DNA of 63,966 nt, the filler included, from Octopus bimaculoides (taxonomy: Eukaryota): NCBI RefSeq assembly GCF_001194135.2. It is 6 parts of 6 records of this genome, joined end to end, with 100 filler letters (N's around TTAATTAATTAA, not from the genome) between each part and the next. Parts side by side here need not be neighbours in the genome. Positions count along the whole stretch, not along the records: positions 1 to 12,764 come from NW_026391249.1; positions 12,865 to 37,444 come from NC_068982.1; 4 more parts are not named here. One strand, given 5' to 3'. Position 1 is the first letter of the stretch. Each line of letters starts with the position of its first letter. Of the stretch, positions 10,621 through 24,062 are shown one piece after another. Below the pieces are notes generated by a model. That model ran no database searches and was not told where the DNA came from. It saw nothing but the letters and a program-made list of their open reading frames with translations. The position numbers were made by a program, and so were the translations under genes.

Positions 10621-10887
10621 AACAATTTCGGCGTGGAAGGTGTTTATAAGCCATTTAAAAACACGCAAAAACCGTTAGATTCACTTCAACATTTAAATCT
10701 AATTTGTCAAAATATTTTCGTCGCTTTGAAACCGCGACCTGTTCACTGGCAAAATTTCGTGCAGCGCGGATTTTTATCAATGAACAGGTCGCGGTTTCAA
10801 AGCGCTGAAATTTAAATGTTGAAGTGACTCTAACGGTTTTTGTGTGTTTCTAAATGGCTTACAAACACCTTCCATGCTGCAATTGTT
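10621..10887. mobile_element. Foldback/MITE-like long imperfect inverted repeat
   Basis: Outer arms about 78 bp (10621-10698 vs about 10810-10887) and a perfect 23-bp inner stem (10723-10745 / 10781-10803). Confidence 0.75.
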
Positions 10888-11187
10888 TTTGTTTCAGCAC
10901 ACGATCTCAGATCAGGTCACTTGCTATGCAAGTACATCTCCATAATTATTAATTATAATTGGGGAAGGGGATCATGAAGTACCAGCGTTACTAGAAATAA
11001 GGGTCGAAAAGTACTCAAATAGGCTACCATTCCTCTGAAAATTTAACAGGCTGACGAACACTGCACTCATAACATGCCATGTACGAAACACTATATACAA
11101 AGTGCGTAAGGTATCTGAGAGCTTACCTATTTGGGCTGATTGCTGCACTTTTTGCTAACTCTGTATAATCTTTGTCGGAAAATAATA

Positions 11188-12220
11188 ATGGGAGACCCTC
11201 AGCTTACTCAAGAAATGTAGAAGCATGTTGTTATTGTGGTTATAAAGGTTGAGCATATCGTTTCAGAAATATCTCGATTTTTAAAAGTTGTCAGATTTTT
11301 CGACTACAAACTTTGTAAGGAGCGAGAGACTGAAGATGGAAACGTGTTATCATTATCAAAGCATAAAAAGCATTCTAAATTCTCTGAAATAATCAGAGCA
11401 CTTGAATTTATCCAGCAAGTTCAACAAACCATTGATTACAATCCCAGAAAGTCCATGAGGCCAACTGCAAAAGATCTCCATGTGTCAGAAGGAATAGTCA
11501 GAAATGTTGTCCACAAAGACATCAGATATAAGTCTTAGGTGATGAGGAAAGGTCAGTTTGTCAGGAAAAGCAAAAGAAAATCACTACATCACATCTAAAA
11601 GGCTCTTAAAACAAAATGAAGAATCCAGCAGAAGAAGATTTGATTTGGTTTTTCTCAATCGAGAAAACTTCGACCAAGATCAAAAAGTTAACAGAAAAAA
11701 TAACAGATGGTTATGTGCAGACCCTTCTGAAGTTCCAAGTATTATACATTCAAAATTTCCTGCAACCGTCATGGTTTTAGGGATTGTCAGCAATGAAGGA
11801 CATGTGATACCTCCTTACTTCTTTCCAACACTGCCGCCTACATTGAGGTCCTGGAAATAATTGTTAAGCCCTGGACAGACAGTGTATGCAATGGAAGGCC
11901 ATATGTATTTCAGTAAGACTCTACACTATCACACATGGCTCTGGTAACACTGGAATGGATGGTTGAAAATTTTCATGATCACACTACCCTTAACATTTGG
12001 CCGCCTAATTCCCCAGATCTCAATCCATTGGACTGTTAAATGTGGAGTGTTGTTGAGAGAGCGATCAATGAACACGGCCATAACACCAAAGATTTTTGAA
12101 AGCTGCCACAGTCAGAGTAATGTCCAAACTGAACGAGGACCACTTGATTCGAGCATGGAGAGGATTTAGATCTCATATAAAAGCAGTTTTTGAAGAGCTA
12201 AAGGTGGCTTTATTGAATAA
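11188..12220 (+). pseudogene. Decayed DD37D (maT-type) Tc1/mariner transposase
   Basis: NFDQDQKVNRKNNRWLCADP, KFPATVMVLGIVSNEGHVIPPYFF, WPPNSPDLNPLD, terminal GGFIE*; multiple stops and frameshifts. Confidence 0.85.
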
Positions 12221-12313
12221 TATAGAAAAGGTTTATTTTTATCCTCATAGCAGCTCAATCAAAGCCATGTTTATCATTTTGTTTTAGTAGGTTGTTTTAG
12301 CTTTTATTTATTT

Positions 12314-12637
12314 ATTCTGACATTCGCGGTACTGTACATCGAGAATTCTTCCCCCAGAACTGGACCGTCAATCGGGAGTGCTACTGCTACTTTTTGAAGC
12401 ATTTCAGGGAGGATATTCAACGAAAGCGACCAGATCTGTGAAGAGCGAAGAATTAGCATGGTCACGACGACAATGTACCCTGTCACCGAGCTCGCCTCAG
12501 TCGTTAGTTTCTTGCCAAAAACATGTTATTGCTCCCACGCCCGACCTCTTCGCCAGATTCAACACCTGCGGACTTCTGTCTCTTCCCCAAGATGAAAATA
12601 CAGATCAAAGGACACCGTTTTAAAACCGTTGTCGAGA
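12314..12637 (+). pseudogene. mariner DD34D transposase C-terminal fragment
   Basis: DIRG.VH.EF, RKRPDL, HDDN-like motif, SPDSTPADFCLFPKMKIQIKGHRF. Confidence 0.75.
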
Positions 12638-12638
12638 T

Positions 12639-12764
12639 CTACAGGCTGTCCACAAAGTCTGGGCACATGGGGATTAGCACATACTTAATAAATTATTATT
12701 TCTTATATTTAATCGTTTATGTCATGATTTTATTTACTCCATGTACCCACATGGGGATTAACAC
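12639..12764 (+). mobile_element. Tc1/mariner-type TIR start (TA|CAGGCTGTCCACAAAGT), truncated by gap
   Basis: Begins TACAG at the break in the mariner fragment; internal repeat of CACATGGGGATTARCAC. Confidence 0.4.
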
Positions 12765-12808
12765 NNNNNNNNNNNNNNNNNNNNNNNNNNNNNNNNNNNN
12801 NNNNNNNN

Positions 12809-12820
12809 TTAATTAATTAA
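12809..12820. other. Assembly spacer TTAATTAATTAA inside 100-bp gaps (also 37489, 58604, 60995, 62900)
   Basis: Identical 12-mer flanked by 44 N on each side, five times; encodes stops in all six frames. Confidence 0.9.
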
Positions 12821-12865
12821 NNNNNNNNNNNNNNNNNNNNNNNNNNNNNNNNNNNNNNNNNNNNA

Positions 12866-13690
12866 TTTCATGCCAGAACAGACACGTTCCATTACCCAGC
12901 AATCAAGTACCCATGCATTTGTTCAATTTGACTACAAATTACGAATATGTGGACTGTGCAACGAGTTAGCCAAAACTGGACAACTTTTGCTAAACGGATC
13001 GGCTAATTCGAAGAAAACTCTATGTACTACCTAACTTTTGTGCTCCCCTCTTTGACTCTATCCACACAGTCTCTGCATGATCTCCAAATGCTATTCCAAT
13101 GTATCATATGTACGTTCACTGTACAGACTTCTAAGTTTGTGTTTTGTGTAGCCAGTTACCCGAAACTGGGCTAACACCTGATCATATTTGCAAGCTCTTT
13201 ACGCTCATGTCAGTTACTTCTAAACAATCCCAGCATGCTTCCTTGATGACATACTACTATTCCATTTATTCCAATGAGCGGCATGTTTCTAATAATGCTT
13301 CTAGACTTGTACAAGTTTGGCCGGCTAACCTAGTCGAGCATAAATAGTCACTAGTCTGAGAGCATCGTCTGAAGTGCTGTTTAAATTCAGGAGCAACAAC
13401 TTACTCTCTTGCTCCAGAAAAGTTGTCTTTACACTATAATACATACTCTTTCCGAAATAACGCTATAACTCCACTCCATCTGAACCAAATTAACAAATTG
13501 CACAATTCGCAGTCCACTGGAAAGATTGCAAATGCGTGCGTTCTAGCGTTCTAAAAATCCTGGTGTCACTGACGGATGTCACATCTATATTCAGAGACCT
13601 GATTTTTGATAGGAAAATTACTTTGCTTCTATACCGCTCCTATTTTGTGTGCTTTTATACACACAATAAGAGAAAACTTTAACTGGAGCA
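12866..13690 (-). mobile_element. Degenerate Tx1/L1-like LINE ORF2 apurinic endonuclease region
   Basis: VKTTFLEQESKLLLLNLNSTSDDALRLVTIYA resembles the APE strand ending ...FRLVAVYAP; WNSIWRSCRDCVDRV resembles the WT...S.LDR motif; many stops. Confidence 0.55.
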
Positions 13691-16600
13691 CTTGATATTT
13701 GTGGAGGACAATATGGTGGATTGAAAACATTGAAAATAGAATGACGTGTGTCACCATTCACTGAAACATTTGGGTTTAGTTTTACCAAACTAGTTGAAGG
13801 GGAAACATAGTCACTTGACCTCGACTGAATATTATCTAGTTTAAACAATCTCTACCTGTGTTAACATGTTAGGTGTCATATTTTAGTGACTTCAGATGCA
13901 AATAAACTTGAAGTTTAAAGAGCAAGCGAATACTTGATGCGAGCAACTGTTGGCTGTTATGAAGATAAAGTTATCTTCTGCTGTGGTCTGCTGCTACCAA
14001 AAGAGGAAAGGCGTAGCTTCTTCAATTACTGATATTTTTAGATTGTATTAGAAGATCATCATGCGTTTGATCAACTGTATTACTCATTGAAAAATATTCA
14101 ATCACAAATCGATTGTAGTCCGAACCTTCTTTTTTTTTTTTTGCTATAGTCGGTACTACCACGTAGAAGACTTTCTGATAGGTAAAAGACAAACGTGAAA
14201 TGCTTGTAACAAGCTCCATAACATTTAGTATTTCTACTTCAAGGTTGCTGTTTTTCAAGGTGTCTTTCGGGAGCATTCTTTACAATGAAGTCGAAACTTG
14301 AACTATGAAGAATGAGCCTCAATATCACATTAATAATACATACACCAGACTTTCCACGAGAGCCAAATAATCTCATGGCGTGTGTACAAGACCGAAGAGA
14401 AGATTTATGAATACATTCACCAGTCTTTGCAATTGTTGCTCAACGCGATGTAGGTTTTAGCTGGCCACTACAATCGTATTATCGTTTGTGATACTTTGCA
14501 AACTTCCGTTCCCTATTAGATGACGAAACCACTTAACTATTTTGATGCTATTAACAGAATCACACAACATGGATTAAGGACCTACTAATGCTAATGTGGG
14601 ACAGAGCTTCGTATGACATCGTGAAAACACCCCCATTTGAAGTTTGCTCGCTAACACTGTGCTTTTTCCACCAAACCACTCACCGAATATTACCAGTATC
14701 TCTCCTCTTTGAACACCGCTTCTCTGTAAATCTTCGTCATGTATTTTCTTTGTATTTGCCGTATATTTTCTGAATACACTAGACTCTACGATCTTCATGT
14801 TAAAACATCAGTTTTCAAAGTGTTCGCACATTTTCCATTATTCCAATCAAAGAAGACTCCAAACTGGTGTTGGACAAAACGTTGCACAGTGAGAAAAAAA
14901 CTATTACTAACGCTTTTCTAATCAAAGGTTATTTGGTTCGTTCTTCTTCAATAAATGAATAGAATTTTTTTTAAAGCCTTTTCTCTTGGAAATTCACAAG
15001 AAAGAAGACTGTTTGATGCCAAGTGACATTGTATTGAGGTTATTTGGTATTGCACACTAATAGAATAATTTCAGTAGAGTGAAAAAAATAAAATGTTACT
15101 GTCATCAGTTTTTATGATGTTTCGGCTGAAGAATTTCCAAGAAGAGAAGCGAAAATCTTAATAACTAAAATAGCCTGTTTTATTAAGAAAGGTAACAAGT
15201 AGTGCTTCTTCATCTAATGAAAAGGTGAGAGAAAGGAAGAGAGGAGAGATGGAGAAAGATGGAGAGTGAAAGAAAAGAAGAAAATAGATCAGGCTACTTT
15301 TTCGTTTTTATCAATAGAAAATGGATAGGAAGCCCGTTTTGTGAAAGGAAGGTACATGATAAAAAAGTTTTTCCACGAAACAGGCTTGATAAGATGCTCC
15401 CTTCGGAAGGAGAGAGTGTACGTGGATCTTTTCAAAGAGATAAAAGAAGAATTAATCACTTCTATTCAAGAGAAAGTGCAGCCAATTTTTTTTTACCTTC
15501 TTTTGATGAGAAGAACTGAATCGTTTATTTTTTTCTTAAGAAACAGCAGGTAAAATTGCTTACTAAAATAGGAGGGGATATTAAATAATTCTTTATACTA
15601 ATAGAAAAAGCTTAGGTGGTTCTTTAAGATCTGAAGATAAATATTTCTATTGACTTTGGTAGTTTCATGGCTTTTATATTCCTCTCAGTGCCATGACATT
15701 TTTATCCCTTTAACATATACCGAGAAATGGTCTGTTGGATATCAGGCTTTCACCTTTTTGCTTTGAATTTCTAATCCTTGAAACGTTCTTTTAATCCATA
15801 GAATCTTCCAATGAAGCACACAAAAAGCTATATATCAAAGATCATCGATTCACCATATACGTTATTCATCTCTGGCTCATTATTGGTTAGAACTTAAAAC
15901 TATATGTTCCTTCAATTTCCTAATTGATGGGTTCTTAGCCCTCCGCTCCACTCCCCTCTCTCCTATATCGCTATCTGTATGTATGTATGTATGTATGTAT
16001 CTCTCTCTCTCTCTCTCTCTCTCTCGATATATACATATATAAAATTGAATGTATTTTCAGCAATCCAAAAAGAAGATGGAAAGAAAGAAAAAAAGTATAT
16101 ACAAGGAGATGGTGATAAGGGTGTGTGTGTATGAGAGAGANNNNNNNNNNNNNNNNNNNNNNNNNNNNNNNNNNNNNNNNNNNNNNNNNNNNNNNNNNNN
16201 NNNNNNNNNNNNNNNNNNNNNNNNNNNNNNNNNNNNNNNNNNNNNNNNNNNNNNNNNNNNNNNNNNNNNNNNNNNNNNNNNNNNNNNNNNNNNNNNNNNN
16301 NNNNNNNNNNNNNNNNNNNNNNNNNNNNNNNNNNNNNNNNNNNNNNNNNNNNNNNNNNNNNNNNNNNNNNNNNNNNNNNNNNNNNNNNNNNNNNNNNNNN
16401 NNNNNNNNNNNNNNNNNNNNNNNNNNNNNNNNNNNNNNNNNNNNNNNNNNNNNNNNNNNNNNNNNNNNNNNNNNNNNNNNNNNNNNNNNNNNNNNNNNNN
16501 NNNNNNNNNNNNNNNNNNNNNNNNNNNNNNNNNNNNNNNNNNNNNNNNNNNNNNNNNNNNNNNNNNNNNNNNNNNNNNNNNNNNNNNNNNNNNNNNNNNN

Positions 16601-17076
16601 NNNNNNNNNNNNNNNNNNNNNNNNNNNNNNNNNNNNNNNNNNNNNNNNNNNNNNNNNNNNNNNNNNNNNNNNNNNNNNNNNNNNNNNNNNNNNNNNNNNN
16701 NNNNNNNNNNNNNNNNNNNNNNNNNNNNNNNNNNNNNNNNNNNNNNNNNNNNNNNNNNNNNNNNNNNNNNNNNNNNNNNNNNNNNNNNNNNNNNNNNNNN
16801 NNNNNNNNNNNNNNNNNNNNNNNNNNNNNNNNNNNNNNNNNNNNNNNNNNNNNNNNNNNNNNNNNNNNNNNNNNNNNNNNNNNNNNNNNNNNNNNNNNNN
16901 NNNNNNNNNNNNNNNNNNNNNNNNNNNNNNNNNNNNNNNNNNNNNNNNNNNNNNNNNNNNNNNNNNNNNNNNNNNNNNNNNNNNNNNNNNNNNNNNNNNN
17001 NNNNNNNNNNNNNNNNNNNNNNNNNNNNNNNNNNNNNNNNNNNNNNNNNNNNNNNNNNNNNNTTAAAGAACACCAT

Positions 17077-17552
17077 ATAGAGCAGGCGAGATAACTCGAT
17101 CCGCATCGAATTCAGGAGTAGTAGATAACGACATTTTGCCATTATTGTGGCTTATTAATACCTTGCACCTGAATCGAAGCGAAACGAATCACTCCCTTGA
17201 TTTACGACTTATATACAAATAGAGTGAAATCTATTTGTTGATGTGAAATCTATTTGTTGATCGGCTTATATATAAAAAAAGAAAAAAACATACACTATGT
17301 GTGTGCGATCGATAATGTTTACATTACCAGTACTGCTTTTAATCCGTAATTTAATTTACTCTCACGTGTGCTTAGCCGTGGCATATCAGCAAATAGATTT
17401 CACTTTATTTGTATATACGTCATAGACTAGGGGAGTGATTCGTTTCGGTTCGATTCAGGTGCGTGATATATCGATAAGCCACCATAATGGCGAAATACTG
17501 GTATCTACAACTCCTGAATTCGATTCGGGGCGAGTTACCTCGCCTGGTCTAT
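17077..17552. mobile_element. MITE/foldback element with about 165-bp imperfect terminal inverted repeats
   Basis: ATAGAGCAGGCGAG...GAAATCTATTTG vs CAAATAGATTTCAC...CTCGCCTGGTCTAT; part of the spacer recurs at about 17633-17690. Confidence 0.75.
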
Positions 17553-18240
17553 GATACTCAGGTGTTCTTTAACATCCAGAGTTATCCAGAGAGCTTCTCC
17601 TCATGATATGCCGCAGCAAATCGGCTTTAAACAAAACACGAACACTGTGTATGTGCGATCGATGATGTTTACATTACCGGAACTGATTTTAATTCATATT
17701 TTGATATGTACACACACACACGCACACATAGACGCAGACAGACAGACCCCCCCCCCACCACCACCACTACACACACATACACATGAGGTAGGCTCTCAAA
17801 ATTTGAAATCAATTGATCCAGGGATGTTTATTTCCTCATTCTATGGCTTTCTGCCGAGATGGTAAGTTAATTTCTTTGCTCGTAGTCCGATTTTTGTTGT
17901 GGTTGTTACATTCCCAGTGATTGGTAGTTTTTTAGAGAATTTTTCGACTCTGATTTTCACAGCAATGGTGGCACCTCGTATTTTAAAGAAGCACAATGTA
18001 AACATCCTTCTGAGGAATGATAATTAGCTGTCGCTAATAATTGTATTATAAACTAGTATTAAAAAAAAAAAAAAAGCAACCTTGTATTAACAGGTTCAAT
18101 GAAGTCGCTCGGAAGTGGGGCCGAACGGCTTCATTTCATCTTTGATTATATTGATTCATTGTTTCCATTCGTTTTTTTTTTTGTCCCCACCTTGTGCTGC
18201 TCCCTCTATGTACGGCCTTCATAGCCAATTTCATAAAATA

Positions 18241-18605
18241 AAGAAGCTTACTTCCCAACCACATGGTCCCAGATTCAGTCACAGTGCGTGGCACCTGAGG
18301 CAAGTGTTTTCTACTGTAGTCTCAGATCGACCAAAGCCTTATGAGTGGATTTGGCAGACAAAAACTGAAATTAACCTGTCGTATATATGAATGTGTGCAT
18401 ATCTACGTGTGTGCGTCTGTGTGTCTGTATTCCACTCATCACTGCTTGGCAACCAGTGTTGGTGTGTTTACGTCCCCGTATCCGAGCTGTTCGGCAAAAG
18501 GGACCAATAGAATAAGTACTAGGCTTTAAAAAATAAGTCCTAGGGTCGATTTGTTCGACAAAAATCCTCCAACATGGCTGCAGTCAAATGACTGAAACAA
18601 AGTAT
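18241..18605 (+). mobile_element. SINE family A
   Basis: Homologous along its length to other copies. Confidence 0.8.
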
Positions 18606-19424
18606 GAAAAAAAAAAAAGAAAGAAAGAATACAATTCTTAATGATATTTAATTATGAGAATATAATAGGATTGTTTAACCATCGAATGGCCAAGTGAAAT
18701 AGGAATCAAAGGGGTCCATAGAGAAAAAAATGGTTGAGAACCACTGGTCTAACACTTATTGGCTGCTGGTCTAACACTGGTCTAACACCTATTGGCTGAA
18801 TCCATACACACACATACACATACACATACCGACGAGCACAAAACGAAGGCGACTCAGGAGGGACAAATTGTAACAAATGCTACGTGTGTATATGTGAGAA
18901 AGAGTATATATATGATTGAGGTTCGGGTGTGTGTTGCACTCGTGTATTGATGTTTTATGTTTTATGCATGTTCTGTATAGTTTTGCTTTCATAAACATTA
19001 CTTCGCGTGTATAAAACGTGTTTGCGCAAACACGTTTATGTTTCTGAAGATGGCATGTCCATTTTTACCCTTCTTAAGCGTGTGTATGTGCGCATTTACA
19101 GCACATGCAAGCATTTCATACGTGCGCACCTCTCTGTGAATGCATGCGTGCTGTTACGTGAACATAATGGCTTATTGAAAAGGAATTGCAAAGACGAAGT
19201 AAAAATATTCCTGTCAATATTATTTTCTTTCAGTCGACATGTAGTGTCGCATTGACTCAGAGAATCTCTCTTCTACATTCTATATTCAGTGACAGATGTC
19301 GGAATAATTTCAAATACATTTATCAACAGTTACCAAAGCGAGAAACAAAAGCATGTTCTTTTAACCCTGCAAAATTAAATTGAAACATTCAACGCTATAT
19401 AGTTTGTTATATTGGCATTTTGGT

Positions 19425-19498
19425 TGTTGTTGTTGTTGTTGTTGTTGCTATTAATATTATTGTTGTTGTTGCTATTAATATTATTGTTGTTGTTGTTG

Positions 19499-19563
<65 letters not shown>

Positions 19564-19579
19564 ATTGTTATTATTATTA

Positions 19580-19611
<32 letters not shown>

Positions 19612-19645
19612 GTTATTATTATTGTTATTGTTATTGTTATTATTA

Positions 19646-19689
<44 letters not shown>
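19425..19689. repeat. (GTT)n/(ATT)n compound microsatellite
   Basis: Direct reading; runs into a gap. Confidence 0.95.
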
Positions 19690-20567
19690 NNNNNNNNNNN
19701 NNNNNNNNNNNNNNNNNNNNNNNNNNNNNNNNNNNNNNNNNNNNNNNNNNNNNNNNNNNNNNNNNNNNNNNNNNNNNNNNNNNNNNNNNNNNNNNNNNNN
19801 NNNNNNNNNNNNNNNNNNNNNNNNNNNNNNNNNNNNNNNNNNNNNNNNNNNNNNNNNNNNNNNNNNNNNNNNNNNNNNNNNNNNNNNNNNNNNNNNNNNN
19901 NNNNNNNNNNNNNNNNNNNNNNNNNNNNNNNNNNNNNNNNNNNNNNNNNNNNNNNNNNNNNNNNNNNNNNNNNNNNNNNNNNNNNNNNNNNNNNNNNNNN
20001 NNNNNNNNNNNNNNNNNNNNNNNNNNNNNNNNNNNNNNNNNNNNNNNNNNNNNNNNNNNNNNNNNNNNNNNNNNNNNNNNNNNNNNNNNNNNNNNNNNNN
20101 NNNNNNNNNNNNNNNNNNNNNNNNNNNNNNNNNNNNNNNNNNNNNNNNNNNNNNNNNNNNNNNNNNNNNNNNNNNNNNNNNNNNNNNNNNNNNNNNNNNN
20201 NNNNNNNNNNNNNNNNNNNNNNNNNNNNNNNNNNNNNNNNNNNNNNNNNNNNNNNNNNNNNNNNNNNNNNNNNNNNNNNNNNNNNNNNNNNNNNNNNNNN
20301 NNNNNNNNNNNNNNNNNNNNNNNNNNNNNNNNNNNNNNNNNNNNNNNNNNNNNNNNNNNNNNNNNNNNNNNNNNNNNNNNNNNNNNNNNNNNNNNNNNNN
20401 NNNNNNNNNNNNNNNNNNNNNNNNNNNNNNNNNNNNNNNNNNNNNNNNNNNNNNNNNNNNNNNNNNNNNNNNNNNNNNNNNNNNNNNNNNNNNNNNNNNN
20501 NNNGAATGTTTTCATTATTAAAACAAAATGAAAATGCATTGTTTCCGAGAAACCAATATTCATACGA

Positions 20568-20950
<383 letters not shown>

Positions 20951-21144
20951 ACTGTCACTGCTTTTGTTTCATTAATGAATATAATGGGTTTAGCTAACTG
21001 GTTAGCAGAAAACAGCAGAGCCGAACTAAGCATCAAAACGTAATTTGGCTTGTTTTGTATCCACAAATAATGATATAATATAATACAAAATTAATATTAT
21101 ATAATATAATATTATATGATATCATATGATATTACTTGATCTGC

Positions 21145-21174
<30 letters not shown>

Positions 21175-21175
<1 letters not shown>

Positions 21176-21452
21176 AGTCGTGTGGTTAGGAATCTTGCTT
21201 CGCAGCTACATTGTATCAGGTGCAGTCCCACTGCGCAGTACCATCAGCAAGTGTCTTCTACTATAGTCCCGGGCTGACCAGTACCTTCTGAGTGGAAACC
21301 AGTAGGCGGAAACTGTGTGAAAGCCCATCATGTGCGGTTTGCATGGATCAGGAGGGGCTGTGTGGTAAGTGGCTTGTTTACCAACCATATGGTTCCGGGT
21401 TCAGTCCCACTGCGTGACACATTGGTCAAGTGTCCTCTACTATAGCCTCAAG
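21175..21452 (+). mobile_element. Two tandem SINE family A 5' fragments
   Basis: CAGTCCCACTGCG...AAGTGTCYTCTACTATAG present twice. Confidence 0.7.
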
Positions 21453-21856
21453 CAGCTGGTCTCGCATACTAATAAATGCTAACTACAGACACTTTGTCTT
21501 TTCATCTTTTCTCTCCTGCCGCTACTACAACATCATCTACTCCCCAGAGCTGACTTGTGACCGAAGATATCTTGTGACTGGGGATACCAAACAACCATTA
21601 TTTATATAGGAATTATGTCCAGATCTTTGCAATCATTCTAAGACTGGTCCAGCACTTTGTTGCTCAAACCGTAAGTTTCAAAAATTTGTAATTCTTATGG
21701 CTGTAGAGCACTTCCAAATGTCATATTTCCAACGAGGTTTCACCAGTGAATCCAAAACGTCATGTACTTCCAAGAGCTAATATGCTTAACATTAGTTCTA
21801 TCCATGCCCACGCTATACACTGCATACTTTACTTCCTATTTTATCTATGTTAGAGT

Positions 21857-22142
21857 GGAGGCGCAATGGCCCAGTGGTTAGGGCAGTGGACTCGCGGTCA
21901 TAGGATCGCGGTTTCGATTCCCAGACTGGGCGTTGTGAGTGTTTATTGAGCGAAAACACCTAAAGCTCCACGAGGCTCCGACAGGCGATGGTGGCGAACC
22001 ATGCTGTACTCTTTCACCACAACTTTCTCTCACTCTTACTTCCTGTTTCTCTTGTGCCTGTAATTCAAAGGGTCAGCCTTGTCACACTGTGTCACGCTGA
22101 ATATCCACGTGAAAGGTACACGTGTCTGTGGAGTGCCAACAC
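21857..22142 (+). mobile_element. tRNA-derived SINE family C, 3'-truncated
   Basis: Head GGAGGCGCAATGGCCCAGTGGTTAGGGC...GGTTTCGATTCC; body matches 35004-35268 and 60362-60672. Confidence 0.8.
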
Positions 22143-23599
22143 TATCTGTGTTAGCTCTATATGAACCATTATTGCCACTTTTTTCACAGAACCACAAACC
22201 TCTTCAGATTTCAACCTTCTGCTTACCTGCAAACTACAAGTTACTCGTATATAAGTCATACTATTTCATATTTGATTTTATGCAACGGGTTTAAGCTAAA
22301 ACTATGAAGGGAAAAAATTTGTGCTAAGATTTAAAACCAAATTAGGGTGCGACTTATGAAAGAGGAAGCACCTGGAATGATTTGAGTCGGTTCCAGCTAG
22401 AGAATATGTGGCTGTGGATTCATTGATGGAGCCTCGTTGGAAATATGGCGTTTGGAAGCGCTGTTCAGTCACAAGAATGACACATTTTTAAAACTTATGG
22501 TTTGAACATCAATGTGCGGGACCAGTCTTGGAATGACTGCAAAGATCTGAGCAAATTCATATGTAAATAACTGTTGGTTAATATCTCCAGTCACACTTAA
22601 CACCATATAAAGATTGGGAAACAGAGATAAGGGGATTTAACAGAAGTGCAAAATGAAAATCTCATGACTTTTAAAAAGTATATATTATTTTATAAAATTT
22701 TGCAGATATAAGTTTTCGACGGAGAAGGTGGCGGCCATTGACAAAATTTAGTAAAATAGCGTATATTTATAGCAAATATAAAAGCGACAAATTCGTTTTT
22801 AATTTTATATGAAGGTAATAGACGTTTCTTTCAAAAATTAGCATTCATTTCATCATTTTGTTTAAGTGTTCAGAAGTTCGATAGTAATTATCCTATATAT
22901 GCCATATTACCTGATATTAGGGTAGCACAAGAATATTTCTAGATTTGTCCGTCATATGACTGTGAACATACTAGTATATAATGGTGTACGTATGTGTGTG
23001 TATGTGTATAGATTTGAATGATATTTTCTGTATCTAAATATGTTGATACAACGGAAAAGATCGTCGGCTTTGTATAGTGAATTCTACAATTAAAGATGTG
23101 ATATTCTGTATCTGTAATTTTGTTATATATATATATATATATNNNNNNNNNNNNNNNNNNNNNNNNNNNNNNNNNNNNNNNNNNNNNNNNNNNNNNNNNN
23201 NNNNNNNNNNNNNNNNNNNNNNNNNNNNNNNNNNNNNNNNNNNNNNNNNNNNNNNNNNNNNNNNNNNNNNNNNNNNNNNNNNNNNNNNNNNNNNNNNNNN
23301 NNNNNNNNNNNNNNNNNNNNNNNNNNNNNNNNNNNNNNNNNNNNNNNNNNNNNNNNNNNNNNNNNNNNNNNNNNNNNNNNNNNNNNNNNNNNNNNNNNNN
23401 NNNNNNNNNNNNNNNNNNNNNNNNNNNNNNNNNNNNNNNNNNNNNNNNNNNNNNNNNNNNNNNNNNNNNNNNNNNNNNNNNNNNNNNNNNNNNNNNNNNN
23501 NNNNNNNNNNNNNNNNNNNNNNNNNNNNNNNNNNNNNNNNNNNNNNNNNNNNNNNNNNNNNNNNNNNNNNNNNNNNNNNNNNNNNNNNNNNNNNNNNNN

Positions 23600-23670
<71 letters not shown>

Positions 23671-24019
23671 AGTGATGGAAGTAGTATTAATGTATTAATT
23701 AATGATGAATGGCAATCTTATATCGTGCTTATCGTAGAATACTGTGGTATTCGCCTTGAGATGTTCTCTCATATAGACGTATGGTGCTAAGATGAATGGT
23801 ATCGCGTTGAAATTCAAATCCTATAGCATTTAGTTACCTCCCTCTTAGCTGACATTTCAATTCTTTGTTCTCCAGTCTTCCATACTTTTTATAAAATAAA
23901 CACCAATAATGTCAAAAGTTCGATTCATATCGACTCTAACTCGGCAAAAATTGGCTTCCTACCTTGTCAAAAAAACAACAGCAACCACAACAACAACAGC
24001 AACAACAACAACAACTGCA

Positions 24020-24062
<43 letters not shown>

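Noticed and set aside
14645-14700. Walker A-like ILVIFGEWFGGKST in ORF 14574-14798 (-)
   Set aside because: Short ORF with no Walker B or other NTPase context; it lies upstream of a decayed LINE and overlaps a GTGAGT donor-like site. Chance cannot be excluded.
21857-21932. tRNA-like sequences at SINE heads (also 5768-5841, 4905-4945, 58133-58200)
   Set aside because: No complete cloverleaf or acceptor stem, and they run into repeat bodies; these are SINE heads, not tRNA genes.
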